NCBI GenBank assembly: GCA_040756235.1
Contig: JBFLZG010000002.1
Location: forward strand, 32,001-96,000
Length of the DNA stretch: 64,000 nt
Direction of reading: 5' to 3'
From: a bacterium
GTDB taxonomy: Bacteria > Desulfobacterota > DSWW01
Made by a program: the position numbers and the translations under genes. The notes beneath the pieces are model-generated. The model did not search any database. It saw only the letters and a program-made list of their open reading frames with translations, and was not told the DNA's origin. Below are positions 1-12,606 of this stretch, piece after piece. Numbering within the stretch: position 1 is the stretch's first letter; every line of letters begins with the position of its first letter.

Positions 1-1139
1 CCTTCGAGAAAGACCGGGTCGCCGAAATTGCGGTGCTCAAGATACGCAACGGCAGCCTGGTCGAACGGAAGGGCTTCTTCTTCGCCGACATCGTGACGCC
101 GCTCGATGAGCTCCTGAGCTCCTTTCTCGTACAGTACTACTGGCGACCCGGCGAGGGCCCGCCGGAGGAAATCCTCCTCCCCGTGGAGCTGGAGGACCAG
201 GCGGCGATCGAGGAGGCGCTGAGGGATCTCCGAGGTGCGGCCTGCCGTTTGCTCACCCCCAGGCGCGGGGACAAGGCGGAGCTGGTGAAGCTCGCGGCGG
301 ACAATGCCACGGCGCTCTGGGAGGAGCAGACGCGCGAGGACACGAACCGCTACGTCGCAATCGACGAGGTGCGGCGCAAGCTCGCACTGGAGAGGCCGCC
401 CAGGCGCATCGAGTGCTTCGACATCTCGAACCTGCACGGAGAAATGGCCGTCGGATCCCGCGTCGCCTTCCGCGACGGTTCGCCGTACCGGGACGGGTAC
501 CGCCGCTACAAGATCCGGGTGCCGCGAGGTGCGGATGACTACGGCATGATGTACGAGGTGCTGCTGCGCCGCTTCCAGCGAGGCAAGGAGGAGGGAGATT
601 TCCCGGATCTGCTGCTCGTGGACGGGGGCAAGGGACACCTGCAGGTGGCGGTCCGGGTCCTCAGGGATCTCGGGATCGAGGATGTCCCGGCGGCCTCCAT
701 CGCCAAGGTCCGCGGGCGGCGGCGCGGCGTGCTCGATCTGCCCCCGTCCGACGGCGGCGGCGGCGCCGACCGCATTTTCGTGCCCGGGAAGGTCAACCCT
801 CTGCGATTCCCTGCCCGCTCCAAGGGGTTCCACCTGCTCCAGCGCATCCGGGACGAGGCGCATCGATTCGCCGTGAGCTACCACCGCAAACTCCGTTCCC
901 GGGCGCTGCAGGAGTCCGAGCTGGACGCCATTCCCGGAGTCGGCAGGGCGAGAAAGAGGGCGCTGCTCGAATCCCTGGGGGACACGGGGAGGATCCGAGG
1001 GGCCTCGGTCGAAGAGCTGCGCCGGGTGCCCGGGATGACCGCCAGGGCCGCCGAGGCGGTGTTCGGATACTTCCACCCTGCGGCGCCTGCGGGCGAGGTG
1101 AAGGCTGCAGACCCTTCCGAAAACAACCCTGCTTCTTGA
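1..1139 (+). CDS. uvrC: Excinuclease ABC subunit C, 5'-truncated by the window edge
   Basis: RIECFDISN, PDLLLVDGGKG and LQRIRDEAHRFA motifs; C-terminal HhH repeats (IPGVG, VPGM). Confidence 0.95.
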   Translation, partial: FEKDRVAEIAVLKIRNGSLVERKGFFFADIVTPLDELLSSFLVQYYWRPGEGPPEEILLPVELEDQAAIEEALRDLRGAACRLLTPRRGDKAELVKLAADNATALWEEQTREDTNRYVAIDEVRRKLALERPPRRIECFDISNLHGEMAVGSRVAFRDGSPYRDGYRRYKIRVPRGADDYGMMYEVLLRRFQRGKEEGDFPDLLLVDGGKGHLQVAVRVLRDLGIEDVPAASIAKVRGRRRGVLDLPPSDGGGGADRIFVPGKVNPLRFPARSKGFHLLQRIRDEAHRFAVSYHRKLRSRALQESELDAIPGVGRARKRALLESLGDTGRIRGASVEELRRVPGMTARAAEAVFGYFHPAAPAGEVKAADPSENNPAS

Positions 1140-1168
1140 GCAGTGTCAGGTATCTGCATGGAGCACGA

Positions 1169-1428
1169 TGGGTGCCCCGCCTCGATCGTCTCGGGCTCAG
1201 AACGCTCCGGCTCTTCTCCTTCCAAGGGTCGGGGACCACGGCCCATCGGGCAGCACCGCCCTTTCGTCCCTCGTCCCGGGCCGGGTGTATCGGGGCACAC
1301 CAGCCTGGCCCGAAGATCGGGCCAGAGGGCGAGATAACGAGAAACAGCGCTGCGTTCCCCGGCCTTCGGGACTCGGGACGGCCTCCGCGACTCGCCCTCG
1401 CCTCCTCAGCGGAACACCCACCGCACTC
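1169..1428 (+). repeat. Dispersed structured repeat family B, copy 1 (~260 bp)
   Basis: Shares GGGCTCAGAACGCTCCGG, TTTCGTCCCTCGTCC and CGCGACTCGCCC blocks with 14597-14842 (reverse) and 52016-52276; ends are complementary. Confidence 0.85.
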
Positions 1429-1442
1429 CTGACGGCTTATCG

Positions 1443-1474
1443 GTAGGGTGGACAAAGCCCCAGGCGTGTCCACC
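1443..1474 (+). repeat. GTAG-type REP-like palindrome
   Basis: GTAG followed by inverted repeat GGTGGACA...TGTCCACC. Confidence 0.5.
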
Positions 1475-1764
1475 AACCAGGGATGAGGACTGCGAGCGTC
1501 CTCGCCTCTGCCAAACCAGGGGCACACTCCCACCGGCCTGACACCTGAAACCTCCCCTATCCCGATCGGGAACCTCGAACAGCCGGACTGTTTCCGCTCG
1601 TCCACAGACCTGTGGTGCCGCGAGCAGAAGCCGCGACGCTCTTCCTCTGTCTTGTCCGCAGAGAACTACAGAATTCACAGCATGATCCGTGGGGGCAGGT
1701 GCCCGCGGCCCTGTGCTTGCAGGCGCCTCCCAGAAAGACGAAACCCCAATCGCAGGTCCATGCG

Positions 1765-4353
1765 GTGAGCGCCCTCGCTCACAAGCTCGGTCGCGTAATC
1801 TCCGGCTGGTTCCGGGGACCGGGATTCCCCGGCGCCGGCCACCCATTCCCGATCGGCGTCCCCTTGGTGAGTTATGTCGGCGGGGCTCTGTTCGGCTGGT
1901 TCTTCCCGCAGGCGCGGGAGGCGCTCTGGGTCTGTCTGGCCGTCTTCGGGCTTCTCGCTCTGGCTGCGGTCGTCGCCCTCGGGCGTCCGCTCCCGCGAGC
2001 CGCGCTCCTCGTTTGCGCGGTGTTCGCCCTCTCGGCCTTTCGCACCAGCGTCCGTATCGATCCCGTGTTCCCTGCCGATCACCTGACCCGCCTGGCTTCG
2101 GGCAAGCCGGTCCTCCTCGAGGGCGTCCTGTGGGACGAGCCGGTGCTCGGAGCGGATTCGACGCAACTCCCCTTTCGAGCCACGTTCCTGCGTCGCGAGG
2201 GCGGCGTCGGCAGCGTGCAGGGGAAGGCGGACCTCTACGTGCCCGGCGTCCTGCCGGAGCTCCGGATCGGGGACGTCCTCATCGTCGAAGCCCGCCTGCA
2301 GCGCATTCGGAACCTCGGAAACCCGGGGGAATTCGACAAGGTGAAACGATCTCATCTCAGGGGCGTTTACGTGAGAGGGTCGGTGAAGGAGCCTGCAAGG
2401 GTCCTCACGGTGGGCCGGGCAGGCGGCTACGGGACCCTGGGCGCGATTCAGGATGTCCGCCTCCGGTTGCGTGCTTTCTTCAAGACGGTGCCCGACCCCG
2501 AGAGCAGGGCTCTGCTCCTGGCCTTGATCGTGGGCGACCGGACGGAGCTGACGGAGGGCCTGCAGGACTCTTTCCGGGAGTCGGGGCTCGCCCATCTCAT
2601 CTCGATCTCGGGGCTCCACGTCAGCCTGGTGGGGCTGTTCGTATACGGTATCGTGAAGACAGCGCTCAAGCGCTCGCAACGGATCCTGCTCAGAGGCTGG
2701 CTGCGGAAGCTGTCCGCGGCCCTGAGCCTTCCGCCCGTTCTCTCCTACGTCCTGATCGCAGGCAGCCCGATCACGGCGCTCCGGGCCGGCCTCATGGCTC
2801 TCTGTTTCACGGGCGCCCTGGTGCTCGACCGGCCCGCAGCGGCCTGGAACACCCTCGGCGCGGCTGCCCTGTTTCTCCTGGTCAGCGATCCCGCCGCTCT
2901 GTTCTCGATCTCCTTTCTCCTCTCCTTTGTCGCAGTGGCGGCGATCCTGGCCGTGACGCCCTTCATGCCGAGATCGGGCATTATGGAGGGGGCCGCCGGC
3001 TCGGGCGTCCCGGGCAGGCTGATCCGTCTCTTTCAGAGCTTTCTGCATTCCTCCCTGCTCGTCAGCCTGGCCGCGGGCCTGGCGACCTTCCCCTTGTGCG
3101 CCCGCTTCTTCCATCAGGTGTCGCTCATCGGCGTGCTGGCGAACCTTCCGGTGGTGCCATTCGTGGGCTGGCTGGTCATGCCCCTGGGGCTTCTGGCCGC
3201 GCTCTGCTCGATCGTCTGCCCTCCACTTGCACCTGCGGTCCTCGAATGGGCGGCCGGGGCCACGGGCGTTTCGATCCGGATGGTGGAATTCTTTGCGGCC
3301 GTTCCCTGTTCGGCCGTTCGCGTGGGAGCGCCCACCGTCTTGGAGATGCTGCTCCTCTACGGCTCTTTCTGGTTTGCCCTGGATGCGCGGCGATCGGGCT
3401 GGAGAAGGCGATGCGCCGCCATCTGCCTGGTCGGGGTCGCGGTGTCGGCGGGCTCTACGGTCCTGTCCCGCAGAACCAGCCGGGACCTGGAGGTGACCTT
3501 TCTTGCGGTCGGACAGGGTGACGGCACCCTGGTCGTGCTCCCCGGCGGGAAGAAGCTCCTGGTCGACGGCGGCATGGCGGCCGAGGGCTTCAGCGACGCG
3601 GGCCGCCGGGTGGTCGGCCCGTTCCTGGGCGCCAGCCGTATCTCGAAGCTGGACTGGATCGCAGCGTCCCACGGACACCCCGATCACTACGGCGGCCTGC
3701 GCTTTGTTGCCGAGGCCCTGCGGCCGCGCGAGATCTGGATCGGCCCGCCGACCGCCGGGGATCCCTTGGACTATCAGGAGTTTCTGATCTCCTGTGATCG
3801 GCTCGGCGTGCGGCGGCGCGTCCTCTGCGACGAGCTCGAGCCCTTCTCCCTGAACGGCGTCACCGTGGAGGTCCTCAACCCCTCCTGCCCGGGGGGCGGC
3901 GAAGACGAAGGAGCACGCGCGGCGACGGGCGATCCCAACAACCTGTCCCTCGTCCTGCGGCTGACCTACGGTGCGGTGAGTTTCCTGTTGACGGGCGACA
4001 TCGAAAGAACGGTCGAGGACCGGCTCCTGCGGAATCCGGACGGCTTGAGGGCGCTCGTGATCAAAGTGCCGCACCACGGCAGCCGCGGTTCGAGCGGGGC
4101 GGCGTTTCTGGAGGCGGTCTCGCCCGGGGTCGCCGTGGTCTCGGCAGGGTTCGGGAACCGCTTCGGATTCCCTTCCGGTGAGGTGGTGCGAAGATACGCC
4201 GAGCAGGGGGCCCTGATGTACCGGACCGATCTTGAGGGCGCCGTCCGCATGCGCACGGACGGGAAGACGCTCGAGGTACAACCCTACCGCGGTGCCAAAC
4301 GTTGCTTTTCGGTGCCGCAAGTCCAAGGAGAGGTATCAGGTGTCAGGCATTAG
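1765..4353 (+). CDS. comEC: ComEC/Rec2 DNA uptake protein (start uncertain; frame open from 1612)
   Basis: GLAHLISISGLHV competence motif, many TM segments, metallo-beta-lactamase domain (VGQGD, SHGHPDHYGG, LTGD, KVPHHGS). Confidence 0.92.
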   Translation: MSALAHKLGRVISGWFRGPGFPGAGHPFPIGVPLVSYVGGALFGWFFPQAREALWVCLAVFGLLALAAVVALGRPLPRAALLVCAVFALSAFRTSVRIDPVFPADHLTRLASGKPVLLEGVLWDEPVLGADSTQLPFRATFLRREGGVGSVQGKADLYVPGVLPELRIGDVLIVEARLQRIRNLGNPGEFDKVKRSHLRGVYVRGSVKEPARVLTVGRAGGYGTLGAIQDVRLRLRAFFKTVPDPESRALLLALIVGDRTELTEGLQDSFRESGLAHLISISGLHVSLVGLFVYGIVKTALKRSQRILLRGWLRKLSAALSLPPVLSYVLIAGSPITALRAGLMALCFTGALVLDRPAAAWNTLGAAALFLLVSDPAALFSISFLLSFVAVAAILAVTPFMPRSGIMEGAAGSGVPGRLIRLFQSFLHSSLLVSLAAGLATFPLCARFFHQVSLIGVLANLPVVPFVGWLVMPLGLLAALCSIVCPPLAPAVLEWAAGATGVSIRMVEFFAAVPCSAVRVGAPTVLEMLLLYGSFWFALDARRSGWRRRCAAICLVGVAVSAGSTVLSRRTSRDLEVTFLAVGQGDGTLVVLPGGKKLLVDGGMAAEGFSDAGRRVVGPFLGASRISKLDWIAASHGHPDHYGGLRFVAEALRPREIWIGPPTAGDPLDYQEFLISCDRLGVRRRVLCDELEPFSLNGVTVEVLNPSCPGGGEDEGARAATGDPNNLSLVLRLTYGAVSFLLTGDIERTVEDRLLRNPDGLRALVIKVPHHGSRGSSGAAFLEAVSPGVAVVSAGFGNRFGFPSGEVVRRYAEQGALMYRTDLEGAVRMRTDGKTLEVQPYRGAKRCFSVPQVQGEVSGVRH

Positions 4354-4440
4354 GTTTCGGCCCGCCCCCCCCAGCCCGCCCGAAAAAGCGCGAGGTCGGG
4401 CCGAGGGGGGCCAGACACCTGAAACCCGACACCTGAAACC
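4332..4440. repeat. Inverted heptamer tandem repeats (GGTRTCA / TGAMACC type)
   Basis: GGTATCAGGTGTCAGG at 4332 faces CCAGACACCTGAAACCCGACACCTGAAACC at 4411-4440; related runs at ~1537 and 56995-57020. Confidence 0.55.
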
Positions 4441-4555
4441 TCTCCGCTGCAATGCCGCGCACGCGGTCGGCTCCTTGATTCTCTTCCTCGCCGTAAGCTA
4501 TCATGCACGCGTTTTTTCCGTGAAAAAATGAGGGAAATCTTTCACATCGTCGCGG

Positions 4556-6367
4556 ATGGGAGCCATGCCGGAGCTGGACGAGTTTCATGATTTTGCGAGG
4601 ACTGACTACTGCGGAGAGGTGTCGCTCGACTCGCTCGGCCGGGAGGTGGTGCTGCTGGGGTGGGTCCACCGCCGCAGGGACCACGGGGGCGTCATCTTCG
4701 TGGACCTCCGGGACCGGGAGGGCCTGGTCCAGGTCGTCTTCAATCCCCAGGTGAGCCCCGCGGCCCACCAGAAGGCGGACACCCTCAGGTCCGAATTCGT
4801 CCTGGGAGTCAAAGGCACGGTGCGGCAGCGGCCCGAGGGCATGCAGAACCCCAAGCTCAAGACCGGCATGGTGGAGGTCATGGTCAGCGAGCTGGCCATC
4901 TTCAACCGCTCCCAGGTCCTCCCCTTCAGCCTGGAAGAGGACACGGAGGTGGATGAAGCGATCCGTCTCCGCTACCGGTATCTGGACCTCCGAAGGGCCC
5001 CGATGCAGCGGAACTTTCTCATGCGCCACCGGGCGGCCCAGATCACCCGGGAATACTTCGGGGAGCTCCGTTTCCTCGAGATCGAGACGCCCGTCCTGAC
5101 CCGGAGCACCCCCGAGGGGGCGCGCGACTACCTGGTCCCGAGCCGGGTGAACCCCGGGATGTTCTACGCGCTGCCCCAGTCGCCACAGCTTTTCAAGCAG
5201 CTGCTCATGGTCGCAGGTGTGGATCGCTACTTTCAGATCGCCCGGTGCTTTCGGGACGAAGATCTGCGGGCCGACCGGCAGCCCGAGTTCACCCAGGTCG
5301 ACATCGAGATGTCGTTCATCGAGCAGAAGACGATTATCGAAATCATGGAAGGCTGGATTTGCAGGCTGTTCCGAGAGCTGATGGGGATCGAGCTGAAGAC
5401 CCCTTTCCCTCGCATCTCCTACCAGGAATCGATGGAGATTTACGGGGTGGACAATCCCGACGTCCGCTACGACCTCCGTATGCTGGATCTGTCGGACCTG
5501 GCCGGCCGATCCGGTTTCCAGATCTTCCAGTCCGTCGTCGAGCGCGGGGGCGTGGTCAAGGCAATCCGGCTGCCGGAAGGGGCGCGGTTGACCCGCCGCG
5601 AGCTGGACGGTCTGGATGCGCTTACCAAAGAGTGGGGGGCGGACGGCCTGCTCTGGGCCAAGTGCACGGAAAACGGTTTGCAGTCCCCCATAGCCAAGTA
5701 CCTGTCCCAGGAGCTCGCGCAGAAGATCCTGGAGAGGACGGCGGCGGCGCCGGGGGATCTGCTCCTGCTCATGGCCGGCCCCAGGGACAAGGTGAACCCG
5801 TTGCTCGGCCGGCTGCGGATCGAGCTCTCCAGGGACCACGTCCGCATCGATCCTGCGGAATATGCCTTCCTGTGGGTCTTCGACTTTCCCCTGTTCGAGC
5901 GGGACAAGGACGGGCGGATCACCTCGAAGCACCACCCGTTCACGGCGCCCAAACCCGAGGACCTGGAACGGCTGGAGGCGGATCCTGAATCCTGCCGCTC
6001 CCAGGCTTACGACCTGGTGTTCAACGGCACCGAGGTCGGCGGCGGCAGCATCCGCATCCACCAGCGCGAGATCCAGCAGAAGGTGTTCTCCGTTCTCGGC
6101 CTGTCCGAGGCCGAGGCGAACGAGAAGTTCGAGTTCCTGCTGGAGGCGCTGTCTTACGGGGCCCCCCCGCACGGGGGCATCGCTTTCGGTCTGGACCGGC
6201 TCACGATGCTCCTGGCCGGCGCGCGCTCGCTGCGGGAGGTCATCGCCTTTCCCAAGACGCAGAAAGCCACGTGCCTCCTGACGAGGAGCCCGGCCTTCGT
6301 CGATCCCGAGCAACTGCGTGAGCTCCACATCCGGACGGTGCTTCCGAAGCCGTCGGCAAAAGGCTGA
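4556..6367 (+). CDS. aspS: Aspartate-tRNA ligase, probably non-discriminating Asp/Asn type
   Basis: RRRDHGGVIFVDLRD, EGARDYLVPSR, LPQSPQLFKQLLM, FRDEDLRADRQPEF, PPHGGIAFGLDR; His in DHGG and Gly in RPEG are typical of non-discriminating enzymes. Confidence 0.97.
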   Translation: MGAMPELDEFHDFARTDYCGEVSLDSLGREVVLLGWVHRRRDHGGVIFVDLRDREGLVQVVFNPQVSPAAHQKADTLRSEFVLGVKGTVRQRPEGMQNPKLKTGMVEVMVSELAIFNRSQVLPFSLEEDTEVDEAIRLRYRYLDLRRAPMQRNFLMRHRAAQITREYFGELRFLEIETPVLTRSTPEGARDYLVPSRVNPGMFYALPQSPQLFKQLLMVAGVDRYFQIARCFRDEDLRADRQPEFTQVDIEMSFIEQKTIIEIMEGWICRLFRELMGIELKTPFPRISYQESMEIYGVDNPDVRYDLRMLDLSDLAGRSGFQIFQSVVERGGVVKAIRLPEGARLTRRELDGLDALTKEWGADGLLWAKCTENGLQSPIAKYLSQELAQKILERTAAAPGDLLLLMAGPRDKVNPLLGRLRIELSRDHVRIDPAEYAFLWVFDFPLFERDKDGRITSKHHPFTAPKPEDLERLEADPESCRSQAYDLVFNGTEVGGGSIRIHQREIQQKVFSVLGLSEAEANEKFEFLLEALSYGAPPHGGIAFGLDRLTMLLAGARSLREVIAFPKTQKATCLLTRSPAFVDPEQLRELHIRTVLPKPSAKG

Positions 6368-6400
6368 GGTCCCTTCCTTGAGACGTGAAGGCAGACTGAG

Positions 6401-7735
6401 ATGAGGTGGCCGGGACGAGTCGTGCTCCTGGGCCTTTGCGTGCTTTGCCTGGTGGCCGTGCCGGCGGCCGGGGCCGAGCACCAGCCGGGGTACCCCCTCA
6501 GCCTGGCCGAGGCCATCGGCATCGTTCTCCGGGAGAGCCCCCAGACAGAGATCGCCGCCCAGGGGGCCGCTTCGGCGGAGGAGCAGAGGAAGTCGGTCCG
6601 GGGCGAGTTCCTGCCCAAGCTCAGGACCGAGTTCGAAATCACCGGGTTCAACGATGTTCCCACCGTCGAGATCCCGGCCATGCCGCCCCTGCCGGCTCGG
6701 ACGTTCGACGCCGGCTCGGATCACGAGATCCTGTCCAGGACCTCTCTCGAGCAGCCGCTGTTCACCGGCCTTGCCCTGGTCTCGCGCTATCGGCTGGCCG
6801 ATCTGTCCCTGAGCCAGGCCGAGGTGCAGCGCGAGGCGACCCGCCAGGATCTCATCCTGAGGACTCATGAGGCCTACTTCGACGTGCTCGTGTCCGAGAA
6901 GCTCCTCCGGGTGGCGGAGCAGTCCGTCACACAGCTGGAGTCCCACGCCGAAGTGGCCAGGCAGTTCTTCGAGACCGGGATGATTCCCAAGAACGATTTG
7001 CTCAAGGCGCAGGTCCAGCTCGCGGACGTCAAGCAGAACCGGATCATCGCGGCTCACCGGCTCGACGTGGCGCGGACGCAATTCAACATCCTCCTCCGGA
7101 GGAAGGAAGACGAACCGGTCCTCCTTTCCGAGGAGCTGCGCTATCGACCCTACGAAGGTACGCTCGAAGACAGCGTCCAAGTGGCCTTGTCCCGTCAGCC
7201 TGAGCTGCTGATCTCGGAGCTGGACATCCGCAAGGCCGAGCAGTCCGTCCGTCTGGCCCGGAGCGCCCTGTACCCCCACTTCGGCCTGGTCGGTGCCCTC
7301 ACGCACGATGAAGGTGGTTTCGCCACCTCCGACAAGGTGCTCAGTGGCACGCTCCACGGCGACTGGGCGGTCTGGGACTGGGGGACGAACTACTACAACG
7401 TGAAGTCGGCGGAGTCCCAGCGGTCGGTCGCAGAGGCTCGCCACAGACAGCTGGCGGACTTGACGCGGCTTCAGGTGAGGCAGGCCTACCTGGCGCTCGA
7501 AGAGTGGCGGGAAGCCATCGGGGTTGCCGAAGCGAGCATCGATCAGGCCAAAGAGAACTTCCGCATCACGGAAGACCAGTTCAAGGCCAACGTGACGACC
7601 AATACCGAGGTGCTGGACGCTCAGACCCTGCTGTCCAGGGCGCAGGTGAACTACTACAGTGCATTGAACCGATACAACATTTCCGTGGCCCGGCTGCAAA
7701 AGGCGATGGGGGTCCTGACGCAGCCCGATGAATGA
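6401..7735 (+). CDS. TolC-family outer membrane efflux protein
   Basis: Signal peptide, LSLAEAI start, two OEP-like repeats (FLPKL / LYPHF), EVLDAQ motif. Confidence 0.85.
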   Translation: MRWPGRVVLLGLCVLCLVAVPAAGAEHQPGYPLSLAEAIGIVLRESPQTEIAAQGAASAEEQRKSVRGEFLPKLRTEFEITGFNDVPTVEIPAMPPLPARTFDAGSDHEILSRTSLEQPLFTGLALVSRYRLADLSLSQAEVQREATRQDLILRTHEAYFDVLVSEKLLRVAEQSVTQLESHAEVARQFFETGMIPKNDLLKAQVQLADVKQNRIIAAHRLDVARTQFNILLRRKEDEPVLLSEELRYRPYEGTLEDSVQVALSRQPELLISELDIRKAEQSVRLARSALYPHFGLVGALTHDEGGFATSDKVLSGTLHGDWAVWDWGTNYYNVKSAESQRSVAEARHRQLADLTRLQVRQAYLALEEWREAIGVAEASIDQAKENFRITEDQFKANVTTNTEVLDAQTLLSRAQVNYYSALNRYNISVARLQKAMGVLTQPDE

Positions 7736-7997
7736 AGGTCCCGGGCGCCCGCCGAAGGCCCGGGCGTGCCGCGGTCCGGAAAGCTCGGTCGGCTGTGCAG
7801 GGGATGCAGCGTTCGTCGGACAGCGGAGACGATCCGCCTGGCCGTCGTGTTCCCGACCGAAATTCCCGCATCTATTTCCTTGCGGGGTCCCCGCAAGAAG
7901 AGCTGGCAGCTCCCTTGGAATCCTGGAACGTGACCCGGCTGCGACAGGAGGAGGGCCGGCATATCCACGGAGAGGGTGACAAAGGACACCCTCTTGC

Positions 7998-8180
7998 GAG
8001 GCTGTTGAGAAATGGCCAGATGCAAGGCGCGCGAAATCATGAGGCTTGTTCCGAGGAGCGGTAGCGAAGAGGAAACCGCCGGTCACGGCGGACGCGACCA
8101 GACGCCGCGGCATGGTGTCCGGGGGATTGCGTCGCTTCGCTCGCAACAGGCGCCGCAGATGGCCGTTTCTCGACAGCCTC
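7998..8180 (+). repeat. Dispersed structured repeat family A, copy 1
   Basis: GAGGCTGTTGAGAAATGGCCAGATGCAAGGCGCG ... CGCCGCAGATGGCCGTTTCTCGACAGCCTC with ~21-bp terminal inverted repeat; preceded by hairpin AGAGGGTG..CACCCTCT. Confidence 0.9.
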
Positions 8181-8193
8181 ATGAGGAGCGCTG

Positions 8194-10405
<2,212 letters not shown>

Positions 10406-10444
10406 GACCGGGGAGGGCGTTCCGACCCGATAGGAGACCCGAGC

Positions 10445-11617
10445 ATGAACGTGCACGAGTACCAGGCGAAGGAGATGTTCCGGCAGTACGGGGTCCCGGT
10501 CCCGAGGGGTAAGATGTGCACCCCTCAGGACTCCATCGGCGACGCGGCCCGGGAGCTGGGCGGGAGCGCGTGGGTGATCAAGGCCCAGGTGCATGCGGGC
10601 GGCAGGGGCAAGGGGGGCGGCGTCAAGGTCGTCCGTTCCCTTGACGAAGCGGAGAAGACGGCGCGCGAGATGTTTGCCAGGAGGCTCGTGACGCCGCAGA
10701 CCGGCGCCGAAGGCCGGGTCGTGCGCAAGGTTCTGGTCGAGGAGGCGCTGGCGATCCGCACCGAGCTGTACCTGAGCCTCCTCGTGGACCGGAGCAGCTG
10801 CAAGACCGCATTCATCTCGAGCCGGGCCGGAGGGATGGACATCGAGGAGGTGGCGGCCGGGACGCCGGAGAAGATCCAACGCGTTCTCGCGGATCCGTTC
10901 CTCGGGCTGCGGGCCTTCCAGACCAGGCGGATCGCCTCGGGCCTGGGCCTGGACGGAAAGACGGCTCGCCAGGGCCAGCAGATGTTTTCGGCCCTGTTTC
11001 GGCTCTTCAGAGAGAAGGATGCCTCGCTGGTCGAGATCAACCCGCTGATTGTCACGGAACAGGGTACCCTGTACGCGTTGGACGCCAAGCTCCAGTTCGA
11101 CGACAACGCCTTGTACCGGCATGAAGACGTCGTGAGCCTCCGGGACAAGGAGGAGGAGGACCCGCTGGAAGTGCAGGCGGGCGAGGCGAACGTGAACTAT
11201 ATCCGCCTGGACGGCAACATCGGCTGCATGGTCAACGGTGCGGGTCTGGCCATGTCGACCATGGACCTCATCCAGTACGAAGGCGGCCGGCCGGCGAACT
11301 TCCTCGACGTTGGAGGCGGGGCCAGCGCGGCCTCGGTGGAGAAGGCGCTGCGCATCATCCTGGCCGACCCGAGGGTGAAGACCATCCTGATCAACATCTT
11401 CGGCGGCATCGTGCGCTGCGACCGCGTGGCGGAGGGCGTGATCGAGGCAGCGAAGCGTGTTTCGCTGGGCGTGCCGGTGGTGGTGCGCCTGGAAGGCACC
11501 AACGCGGAGGAGGCCAGGACCATGCTCCGGCATGCCAACCTGGACTTCACCGTCGCGGACAGCTTCCGCGAGGCCGCCCGCAAGGCGGTTGCGCTGGTGA
11601 GCCGAGCGGCTGCGTAA
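10445..11617 (+). CDS. sucC: Succinyl-CoA synthetase beta subunit
   Basis: [40 protein letters not shown]. Confidence 0.97.
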   Translation: MNVHEYQAKEMFRQYGVPVPRGKMCTPQDSIGDAARELGGSAWVIKAQVHAGGRGKGGGVKVVRSLDEAEKTAREMFARRLVTPQTGAEGRVVRKVLVEEALAIRTELYLSLLVDRSSCKTAFISSRAGGMDIEEVAAGTPEKIQRVLADPFLGLRAFQTRRIASGLGLDGKTARQGQQMFSALFRLFREKDASLVEINPLIVTEQGTLYALDAKLQFDDNALYRHEDVVSLRDKEEEDPLEVQAGEANVNYIRLDGNIGCMVNGAGLAMSTMDLIQYEGGRPANFLDVGGGASAASVEKALRIILADPRVKTILINIFGGIVRCDRVAEGVIEAAKRVSLGVPVVVRLEGTNAEEARTMLRHANLDFTVADSFREAARKAVALVSRAAA

Positions 11618-11688
11618 AGCTCGCCTCAGGGAGAGGGGAACAGGGCAGGAAAAAGAGCCATCCAAACAGATGAGACAGGAAGCACGCC

Positions 11689-12561
11689 ATGGGAATTCTG
11701 GTCAGTGAGTCGACGCGGGTCGTGGTCCAGGGCATCACGGGGAAAGAAGGTTCCTTTCACGCCAAGGCCTGTAAGGAGTACGGGACTCGGGTGGTTGCCG
11801 GCGTGACGCCGGGGAAGAAGGGGGAATCGGTCGACGGGATTCCGGTCTTCGACAGCGTGCTGGAGGCAAGGGAGCAGGCGGGCGCCAATACCTCGCTCAT
11901 CTTCGTGCCGCCGCCTTTTGCCGCAGACGCGATCCTGGAGTCCGTGGACGCGGGCATGGAGCTCGTGGTCTGCATTACGGAAGGGATACCGGTGCAGGAC
12001 ATGCTGCCCGTCTATCATGCGGTCCGAGGAAGCCGGACCCGCCTGGTGGGGCCCAACTGCCCCGGGGTCATCACCCCGGGACAAGCCAAGGTCGGCATCA
12101 TGCCCGGCTTCATCCACAAGCCGGGCCGGGTGGGCGTGATCTCGCGCAGCGGCACTTTGACGTACGAGGCGGTCAAGCAGCTCACCGACCTGGGGCTCGG
12201 CCAGTCGACCTGCATCGGGATCGGAGGAGACCCGATCGTGGGGTCGAGCTTCGTGGATCTGCTGGGGCTGTTCTCTAAGGACGATCAGACCGAAGCCGTG
12301 GTGCTCATCGGAGAGATCGGCGGTTCGGCCGAGGAGGAGGCGGCGACATTCATCCGATCGACCGGTTTCGCCAAGCCGGTCATCGGCTTCGTGGCCGGCA
12401 GGACCGCGCCTCCGGGCAGGCGTATGGGGCATGCCGGAGCCATCATCTCCGGGGGCAAGGGAACGGCGGCCGAAAAGGTCCGGACCATGGAGCAGGCGGG
12501 GCTTCAGGTCTGCCCGACTCCTGCGGACATCGGCAGGACCGTCCAGGAGGCGCTCCAGTGA
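11689..12561 (+). CDS. sucD: Succinyl-CoA synthetase alpha subunit
   Basis: [28 protein letters not shown] phospho-His motif. Confidence 0.97.
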   Translation: MGILVSESTRVVVQGITGKEGSFHAKACKEYGTRVVAGVTPGKKGESVDGIPVFDSVLEAREQAGANTSLIFVPPPFAADAILESVDAGMELVVCITEGIPVQDMLPVYHAVRGSRTRLVGPNCPGVITPGQAKVGIMPGFIHKPGRVGVISRSGTLTYEAVKQLTDLGLGQSTCIGIGGDPIVGSSFVDLLGLFSKDDQTEAVVLIGEIGGSAEEEAATFIRSTGFAKPVIGFVAGRTAPPGRRMGHAGAIISGGKGTAAEKVRTMEQAGLQVCPTPADIGRTVQEALQ

Positions 12562-12606
12562 CTTCGTCTCCTGCGGGAGCTGCAGGCGCGCGTCTCGAGA
12601 GGGTGT

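Noticed and set aside
1675..8182. Very long minus-strand ORFs (883 aa, 1279 aa), and likewise 21992-25132
   Set aside because: Antisense shadows of well-supported + strand genes; expected from GC-rich codon bias; no recognisable motifs
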